IMG/VR virus record: IMGVR_UViG_3300042934_000547
Location: 62,001 to 126,000 of that record
Length of the DNA stretch: 64,000 nt
Direction: 5' to 3' (one strand)
A model generated the notes under the pieces. That model searched no databases, had not been told where the DNA came from, and saw only the letters and a list, made by a program, of their open reading frames with translations. Below, one piece after another: positions 57,974 through 64,000 of this stretch. Each line of letters starts with the position of its first letter. The stretch's first letter is position 1. Position numbers and translations under genes: made by a program.

Positions 57974-58932
57974 GATCTATTAGACCTATATTCTCTAGTT
58001 AGTTTATCGATATTGGTATTTCCATATTGAATTAGAGTATTATTTACTCTTTCATGGTATGTACGTCCAATATCATTTCCTGAATATAAAGTTAAAGCCA
58101 TATCTACATCACCATTATTACTTTTCAGTAAATAATCTATATATGCAATAATCATTTCAATATTCAATTCACCATCGAATGCCATATTGTGGTTATATCC
58201 AGAACGACCAAGCATTTTAGTGTACAACATATTACCTGTTGAACCTAAGATTTGACCATATCCACGAGCTGTTGAACGAGAGTTTGTCGCATCTCTATCA
58301 AACCCTGACTCTAACTTCATCATTGCTAATGGTAAATGTGGATTTATACCTTTTTCACTTGACCATTCAACTAACTTTTTTAATTCTTTATATGTAAGAT
58401 CAGTACGCTTAGTTGATGTCTTCATCAATGCGTATTCATATTCGTCAAACAAATATTCACGTTGTTGGAACTCTGCTAATAAAGTAGCAGATTGTTCATT
58501 AACAACGGATAGCTCCTCATTGAGAGCTATCACCGTATTTAATTCATTGCTTGTTTCTTGAATAGTTTCATCCTGCTGCTGCATAATACTAGCTGATTTG
58601 TCAACAACTTTATTCAGCGTTTCAATCTCATTATTCATAAAATAAATGATTGTGCTTAGTAAAATTATTAGCATTACACCTAATGTAGTTACAGCTCCAA
58701 GAACAAACTGTTTCACTAGAAGTTTCTTAACTCCCTCTGTGGTGTAAGTCTTGTTATATCTAGCATCAATGTATACAGATTTTTCCTGCACCTTTGGAAG
58801 AGCAGCCTCTGATTTATTATTTACCTTAGATACATCCATTGTAGCTTCCATTTCATTTGTCTCCTTTTTACTATGTATTTGCTTTCCTATTTCCCTGTTG
58901 AATTTTAAATCATCATTTGTCATACTACTCAT
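57970..58932 (-). CDS. Membrane-anchored lytic transglycosylase (SLT domain), 320 aa
   Basis: TM segment FVLGAVTTLGVMLIILLSTIIYFM, coiled coil, SLT motifs MMKLESGF...ARGYGQI...ALTLYSG. Confidence 0.8.
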   Translation of the reverse strand: MSSMTNDDLKFNREIGKQIHSKKETNEMEATMDVSKVNNKSEAALPKVQEKSVYIDARYNKTYTTEGVKKLLVKQFVLGAVTTLGVMLIILLSTIIYFMNNEIETLNKVVDKSASIMQQQDETIQETSNELNTVIALNEELSVVNEQSATLLAEFQQREYLFDEYEYALMKTSTKRTDLTYKELKKLVEWSSEKGINPHLPLAMMKLESGFDRDATNSRSTARGYGQILGSTGNMLYTKMLGRSGYNHNMAFDGELNIEMIIAYIDYLLKSNNGDVDMALTLYSGNDIGRTYHERVNNTLIQYGNTNIDKLTREYRSNRS

Positions 58933-58962
58933 ATTGATGACCTCCTCTAAAGTTTTATAGTA

Positions 58963-58988
58963 TTCAAATATATAATATATACTTGAAA
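58963..58988 (-). promoter_or_regulatory. Early-type phage promoter
   Basis: TTTCAAGTATATATTATA-TATT-TGAA. Confidence 0.75.
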
Positions 58989-58996
58989 ATAAAAAT

Positions 58997-59020
58997 AAGG
59001 GAGGTATTCAAACCTCCCTT
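58997..59020 (-). terminator. Intrinsic terminator
   Basis: AAGGGAGGT-TTGAAT-ACCTCCCTT then ATTTTTATTTT. Confidence 0.75.
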
Positions 59021-59038
59021 AAACGTTCTACAAGAAAC

Positions 59039-59872
59039 TTATTTATCCTTGGCTTGTGTTGCGTTCTTTATTGTTTCTTTCTCTTCATCATCCTTTGCAG
59101 GATTAAAACCAAGCCCTAAGTCCCCATCTTCATTTAGTGTACCGTACGCAATCTCTTTTTCGTCCATCAATATCATCTCCCTATTTTCTTTTTTATCATA
59201 ATCCAAATAAAAATAATTTATATTCTTTACATAAAACACGTTTGAAATATTACTTGGAGTTACCCAATATGAGGCTTTTATATTTGGATTTTTTAGTTTC
59301 AATAATGTTTGTAGATTATCTTCTGGTATGACAATTCTCATAAAATTGTCCTCTATAGATAAAATTCTACCAAATAAATCATTAAGCGGTATTCCTTTAT
59401 AATGTATGTCATTTACACATTTATTTAAGATATATGCTACTTTTTCTGGTATCATTTTTTCTTTCCAGAAATTTAATGCTTTATTTTTTGATTCTGGTAT
59501 GACATACTTACAATTATTGATATAATTTGTAGAATTATATGGTAAATGTACTAAGATGTCATTGTCAAAGGACTGTATCAACTGATAATACAATAATGAT
59601 ACTACATGATGGTCAGTGTATGCGAATATTGGTTTAAGCCTGTCACCATATTGTACTCTATCACTACTATTATTCAATATACATGAAACATGTCCTAATT
59701 CGGGATGGAAATCTACTACCGTTCCAACGTATTCCATTTCTCCATCTAATATACGAATTATATCTTTGTTTATTTTTAGATTATTAAATTTACATCTATC
59801 ATGTAATAATATCTCTTCTTCAGTTATTTTATTTTCAAAATCAAATAATATTGGAATTATAACCTCTGGCAT
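59039..59872 (-). CDS. Hypothetical protein, 277 aa
   Basis: RBS GAGG; no motif recognised. Confidence 0.65.
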   Translation of the reverse strand: MPEVIIPILFDFENKITEEEILLHDRCKFNNLKINKDIIRILDGEMEYVGTVVDFHPELGHVSCILNNSSDRVQYGDRLKPIFAYTDHHVVSLLYYQLIQSFDNDILVHLPYNSTNYINNCKYVIPESKNKALNFWKEKMIPEKVAYILNKCVNDIHYKGIPLNDLFGRILSIEDNFMRIVIPEDNLQTLLKLKNPNIKASYWVTPSNISNVFYVKNINYFYLDYDKKENREMILMDEKEIAYGTLNEDGDLGLGFNPAKDDEEKETIKNATQAKDK

Positions 59873-59935
59873 TTTATTATTTCCTCTTATCTTTATTATA
59901 TTCTCTTATATAATAGTAATAACAATTATGAAAAA

Positions 59936-60652
59936 TTATTTATTCTCTTGCTCTAGTGTGTATGGTAGTATATAATCATCAGCTTTAAGGTTTGATTTAA
60001 GCCCAGCCCCTACCAAATAAGCATCTATGATACCAGTAGCTAACGACTCAGATTTTCTCATATTAAGTTCAGCTTGTGTTACTCTACCTGTAGTCCCGAT
60101 GATATTATACATATCATTTTTACTATCCATATTATCTGCCCTTGGATAACCGAATTCTCTATATGTATACTCAAGTCCGTTAACTATTAATGATTCATTT
60201 TCTCTATCGGTCATTTTACCATTTTTATCTTCACCTAATAATAATCCAGTATTCATATCTCTACTAGCGATATCTGTAGACATAGCATTTTTCTTTGATG
60301 TCATTTGAGATTCACGTTTCATATGTAGATATATAACAGCACAATTCTTAGAGGTTAAAACTTTACCTTCTTCCTGATATACTGCTGGATCATAGATTTT
60401 TTCTATATATGGAACCTTGATGAATTTGAGTGCATCAAGAATATCCTCCATCATTATATTTGTTTTATATAATGACAAATATAATACTATTGGATATGGC
60501 TTTTGTGCCCATTTATAGAATTCATCATCACTGAGTGATGCAAAGAATTTTTTATATTTTTCAGTATTCATTCCTGATTTATCGTAAATATCTAATGCAG
60601 AATAAATATGTTTTTCAACCTTAGCCCTAGTAGCTTTGGATACTTTAGCCAT
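59936..60652 (-). CDS. Second RNA polymerase beta C-terminal fragment (likely virion RNAP subunit), 238 aa
   Basis: AVIYLHMKRESQMTSKKN (cf. GYMYMLKL.H...K) and KNGKMTDRENESL (cf. GGQRFGEMEVWAL); late-type promoter; redundant with 51634..53829. Confidence 0.7.
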   Translation of the reverse strand: MAKVSKATRAKVEKHIYSALDIYDKSGMNTEKYKKFFASLSDDEFYKWAQKPYPIVLYLSLYKTNIMMEDILDALKFIKVPYIEKIYDPAVYQEEGKVLTSKNCAVIYLHMKRESQMTSKKNAMSTDIASRDMNTGLLLGEDKNGKMTDRENESLIVNGLEYTYREFGYPRADNMDSKNDMYNIIGTTGRVTQAELNMRKSESLATGIIDAYLVGAGLKSNLKADDYILPYTLEQENK

Positions 60653-60676
60653 CTTGTTGTACCTCCTAACATTTAT

Positions 60677-60688
60677 TATTATTATGTC
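60677..60688 (-). promoter_or_regulatory. Late-type promoter
   Basis: Minus strand GACATAATAATA. Confidence 0.5.
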
Positions 60689-60704
60689 AAAATAAGAAAA
60701 AATA

Positions 60705-60726
60705 AAGGAAGGTATTAACCCTCCTT
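60705..60726 (-). terminator. Intrinsic terminator
   Basis: AAGGAGGGT-TAAT-ACCTTCCTT then TATTTTTTC. Confidence 0.7.
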
Positions 60727-61165
60727 AAAATCCAAAATTTATAACTAATCCCTCTTCTATTTCAAATTTTCCAGTAACGTAACCTATAATATTTCGATTT
60801 GCTGATATCTTAACCCTAAGTTCTTTTTCGGCTTTAGATATATACCCATATTTAGGATTCTTGCCAGATACTGCGATAAACAATGAATCAGAAATTAAAT
60901 TAATCAAATCATTAACTGGTTCCGATAAACGAAATATAAGAACATATCCATCTACATCACTTGGTGATTCAATTCCTCTAGGTGATATATCTTCCCGAAT
61001 CAATTTAACATATTTAGTTAATATGACAAATAATTCTTCATCAGATTTTTTTGATAATTTAGATTTGAGTTTTTTATTTATGCTATCTATTTTTTCTGCT
61101 TTAATATCAGATTCTGCCTTTAGATTAATATCAAATTCTATCTTTAATTCTTCTAAGCATTTCAT
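60725..61165 (-). CDS. Hypothetical protein, paralog of 61185..61610 (probable start MKCLEEL)
   Basis: RBS GGGAG before ATG at 61165; shares MKC.EEL, KY.KLIRED, LFI..G, KAE and G..TG..EI. Confidence 0.7.
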   Translation of the reverse strand: MKCLEELKIEFDINLKAESDIKAEKIDSINKKLKSKLSKKSDEELFVILTKYVKLIREDISPRGIESPSDVDGYVLIFRLSEPVNDLINLISDSLFIAVSGKNPKYGYISKAEKELRVKISANRNIIGYVTGKFEIEEGLVINFGF

Positions 61166-61184
61166 ATCATTCTCCCACAATGTA

Positions 61185-61610
61185 TTATCCGAATACCACA
61201 CGTAATCTCATGGCTATTTCATAAACTCCAGTGAGCCACCCAAATGAATCTTTCTCTCCGGGATATATACGCACATTGTAATCTTCTTCAGCCTTAAATT
61301 TATTGGCATAATTAACTCCACCACCTGATGTTATGAATAAACGGTCACACAAACTGGTTATGAATGTATCGAGTAAATCAGGTATGTTCCATATCCACTT
61401 ACTCTTATTATCTTCATCATAATAATGTTTCTTAAAGGCATTACCAGCTTCAAAATCCTCACGAATCAATTTGGTATATTTTTCTAACAATTCAAATTGT
61501 TGTGATTCCTCGTTAACTTCTTCCAATTTCCCATATAACCATTCTTTTTGGGAATCTTCGTCTCCCTCTGGGATTTCAAACTCTTTTATTAGTTCCTCTA
61601 TACATTTCAT
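61185..61610 (-). CDS. Hypothetical protein, paralog of 60725..61165, 141 aa
   Basis: RBS AGGAGGGG; motifs shared with the neighbouring gene. Confidence 0.7.
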   Translation of the reverse strand: MKCIEELIKEFEIPEGDEDSQKEWLYGKLEEVNEESQQFELLEKYTKLIREDFEAGNAFKKHYYDEDNKSKWIWNIPDLLDTFITSLCDRLFITSGGGVNYANKFKAEEDYNVRIYPGEKDSFGWLTGVYEIAMRLRVVFG

Positions 61611-61623
61611 GCTTATGCCCCTC

Positions 61624-61893
61624 CTATCTTATATTAGTAATAGAATTCGTTTGGATTCCATTTAACATCATCAATTTTGTTGATATCATTTTAAATTTCT
61701 CATTACTGTCTTGACAAGAATCTAAGAATTCTCCATCAGCTTCTCTACAATATGAGTTATATCTGTTACGTGTTTGTTGAATCATTTGATTTTGTTCATC
61801 ACATATTCTAGCTTTCTGTGATTCATATTCTTGTTGTACTAAATGCCTTTCTATCTCGACTTTCGGTACTGGTGCTGAATATATTTTTTGCAT
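61624..61893 (-). CDS. Hypothetical protein, 89 aa
   Basis: RBS AGGAGG; first gene after an early promoter. Confidence 0.65.
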   Translation of the reverse strand: MQKIYSAPVPKVEIERHLVQQEYESQKARICDEQNQMIQQTRNRYNSYCREADGEFLDSCQDSNEKFKMISTKLMMLNGIQTNSITNIR

Positions 61894-61991
61894 AAGGATT
61901 CCTCCTACCTATCACGTTTCACCATGTAATCTAATACATAAGTTCCGCAAATAAGAATATGTAATAGGATTTTTTATTATTTTTATTCTCA

Positions 61992-62017
61992 TTCATAGTT
62001 ATAATATATACTTGAAA
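61992..62017 (-). promoter_or_regulatory. Early-type phage promoter
   Basis: TTTCAAGTATATATTATA-ACTA-TGAA. Confidence 0.75.
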
Positions 62018-62051
62018 TGAGTAAGTTTTACACTTTTTAGAAAGAGAAAGG

Positions 62052-62073
62052 GAGTACGATTTAGATCGTACTC
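62052..62073 (-). terminator. Intrinsic terminator
   Basis: GAGTACGAT-CTAA-ATCGTACTC then CCTTTCTCTTT. Confidence 0.65.
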
Positions 62074-63255
62074 TTAATAAACATTCTTAGCATTATTCTG
62101 TATAAATAAAGTAAAATACTTTAATGTAGCCTTTATATATTCATTTCTTGTACCTTCTCTACTGGTTTGCCTAAACTTAGCCGAGTTCGTTTCTATTAAA
62201 GATATGAGTATCTCTTTAATTCTTATAACAGCATCGTTCTTTGTATTAGACTTAGTAGCTAAAGTATATGATAAGAAATTCAATGATGTACAATCCGGTG
62301 TTTTACTATTAGCATAGTAATCCACTACTATGAGAGTCACAAGTTCCTTAATCAATCCATTATTGGATCTATTACTGATAATCCCACTCATTATATTTTT
62401 AAATTCATTAGTCTTAATTTTTTCTCCAGAACAGGTCAATATCAAGTTGTAATCCATCCCTATTGAATTTAAACTATTGATTGTTTTTTCAATTAATCTT
62501 CCGGCAGCTTTAGTATTACTATCAGATATGTGATAAGAATCAACTTCAAAACTATCACCATCATACGTCATATAAAGCTCATTATCATAAGCATCATAGA
62601 ATAATTTAGCTATATTAACAACAAATCCTCCGATACGGGTACGCATCTGTTGTAGGATATATACAATATCATCATCTTGAAAATCCTTGAGCATCTTCTC
62701 ATAGGTAGTAAAACACACTAATCCTCTAGATTTAAGTACACCTATAACCGTACCTTCAGTTTTTAAATCATATTTTTCAGTGAGCATTTTATTAACTACA
62801 TAATCCATAACGTGTCTATTCTTATTAGGTTCGATTTTGAATGAATTGTAATGGATAGATGGATACATTCTACAAGCTAAGAATATGATGGATAACTCAT
62901 AAAGTTTATCATCTTTCTTTTTAAATTTAAAGAATCTAATGATACACATCATTATTAATGACGTTGAATCTGTTATACTCGCTGTTTCCCAATCTTTGTT
63001 CGCATAATAGGTTTCTTTTATTAAACCTGCAATGAATTCATCAGTCAATTCAACTATTGACAATAATTCATCTATTTCTCTACGGGTAAATGGTATTCTA
63101 TCACACGGAGCACTGTCGTATAATGATTCCCTTCGTTCTTGAATATATCTCGATATAAGTTTCTTATATTTATCTATCGTTGAACTAGAAGAAAACTTTT
63201 TCTCTATTAATGGATATAATTTGGTTATAAATACTTTGGATGTATCAACACTCAT
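62074..63255 (-). CDS. Hypothetical late protein, 393 aa
   Basis: RBS AGGAGG; late-type promoter at 63284-63295; own terminator. Confidence 0.75.
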   Translation of the reverse strand: MSVDTSKVFITKLYPLIEKKFSSSSTIDKYKKLISRYIQERRESLYDSAPCDRIPFTRREIDELLSIVELTDEFIAGLIKETYYANKDWETASITDSTSLIMMCIIRFFKFKKKDDKLYELSIIFLACRMYPSIHYNSFKIEPNKNRHVMDYVVNKMLTEKYDLKTEGTVIGVLKSRGLVCFTTYEKMLKDFQDDDIVYILQQMRTRIGGFVVNIAKLFYDAYDNELYMTYDGDSFEVDSYHISDSNTKAAGRLIEKTINSLNSIGMDYNLILTCSGEKIKTNEFKNIMSGIISNRSNNGLIKELVTLIVVDYYANSKTPDCTSLNFLSYTLATKSNTKNDAVIRIKEILISLIETNSAKFRQTSREGTRNEYIKATLKYFTLFIQNNAKNVY

Positions 63256-63283
63256 TTTATAAATATACCTCCTTCAGTGTAAT

Positions 63284-63295
63284 TATAATTATGTC
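63284..63295 (-). promoter_or_regulatory. Late-type promoter
   Basis: Minus strand GACATAATTATA. Confidence 0.5.
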
Positions 63296-63299
63296 AAAG

Positions 63300-63383
63300 T
63301 TATTCATCATATTTAGACTGGATATAGTGAATCAGCACTCCAAAAACTGAATAAACGATAGTTATCAAAATCATGTCCATCAC
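63300..63383 (-). CDS. Possible 27-aa single-TM peptide (MMDMILITIVYSVFGVLIHYIQSKYDE)
   Basis: Hand-translated from a GTG start with AAGGAAG upstream; start codon uncertain. Confidence 0.35.
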   Translation of the reverse strand: MMDMILITIVYSVFGVLIHYIQSKYDE

Positions 63384-63449
63384 ATTCAACACTTCCTTAT
63401 TTTGTTATTTATCCAATGGTTGTATAAATTAAGAAAAAATAAAATAGAG

Positions 63450-63650
63450 CTATACAGCTCTATTCATTTTCCTTTCTTTTTCCACTTCCTCTATGTATAT
63501 CAATTCTTCTTCTTGGTTCATTCTATCACGTTCTGTTTCTATTTCAACGAATTCTTTATATTCATCAATACCATCTCTAACTAATTCAATCATTCCTTTT
63601 ACAAAGAAATATGCTGCTATAATGATTGAAATAACAAAAAGTATTTTCAT
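63450..63650 (-). CDS. Small membrane protein with acidic coiled-coil tail, 66 aa
   Basis: N-terminal hydrophobic helix; RBS GAGGAGGG. Confidence 0.6.
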   Translation of the reverse strand: MKILFVISIIIAAYFFVKGMIELVRDGIDEYKEFVEIETERDRMNQEEELIYIEEVEKERKMNRAV

Positions 63651-63965
63651 TTATATTCCCTCCTCTTCACAATTAAAAACAAAGTTCACTGAATGAGATT
63701 TAATCAATCCACGGTGTTTACACACTAAATGCACTACGGGTGCATTTATATCTTCTGATGTAATCTCTATCTCATAAAACACCATTGCATATAATCTAAA
63801 CATTGCATCCCCATTTGAACGTTCATGGTCTACAACTAACTTAAGTGCTTCATACAATTCATCGTGTTCATTTTTCATAGCTTTTGTTTGTCTGTACCTT
63901 GAATGAACTCTTAAAAACTTATCCATCTTTTTGCATATTTTGTCTTTTTCTGTAAATATTGTCAT
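63651..63965 (-). CDS. Hypothetical protein, 104 aa
   Basis: RBS GGAGG. Confidence 0.6.
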   Translation of the reverse strand: MTIFTEKDKICKKMDKFLRVHSRYRQTKAMKNEHDELYEALKLVVDHERSNGDAMFRLYAMVFYEIEITSEDINAPVVHLVCKHRGLIKSHSVNFVFNCEEEGI

Positions 63966-64000
63966 TTGTAAATCCTCCGTGCCATCTAATGAATGAGATT

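Noticed and set aside
1-64000. tRNA, tmRNA or rRNA genes
   Set aside because: No T-loop GTTCRA/cloverleaf or rRNA signatures noticed by eye in the intergenic gaps; a tRNAscan/ARAGORN run would be needed to be certain.
1-64000. Stop-codon reassignment
   Set aside because: Core genes are full length under the standard code, and TAA, TAG and TGA all terminate genes at sensible positions.
1-64000. Direct evidence for uracil-DNA or for a phage nucleus (chimallin)
   Set aside because: No UDG inhibitor, dUTP-pathway gene or recognisable chimallin in this window; both ideas remain inferences from promoter similarity and the tubulin.

Overview
AT-rich segment of a phiKZ-like/AR9-like jumbo myophage genome, probably infecting a Firmicute (Clostridia-type tail-fibre modules, strong AGGAGG RBSs). 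Standard genetic code; no tRNAs, CRISPR arrays, integrases, introns or inteins were recognised. Left to right: a late tail-fibre/receptor-binding operon (1-10.6 kb: two LamG modules, one apparently split by a 14-blade beta-propeller cassette); a ~590-nt ORF-poor transcription unit packed with hairpins (10.7-11.3 kb); an SF2 helicase and an accessory cluster (CYTH, NADAR, SLOG, DUF488-like, HExxH); split multisubunit RNA polymerase subunits (beta-prime C, beta N, beta C, plus a second short beta C fragment, i.e. two RNAPs); a family-B DNA polymerase split over two distant genes; RNA ligase; terminase, three structural genes, sheath and tube (phiKZ-like order); portal; SbcC/Rad50; NAD-dependent DNA ligase; RecA; a ~135-nt stand-alone sRNA; a tubulin/PhuZ-like GTPase; and a membrane-anchored lytic transglycosylase. 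Two promoter classes (a 26-bp early element in 12 copies; DACAT-N5-TR late-type in about 10 copies) and a family of UUAAU-loop terminators can be read directly from the DNA. The most novel-looking items are the two promoter-to-terminator non-coding RNAs. All functional calls are from motif recognition by eye; no database searches were run.
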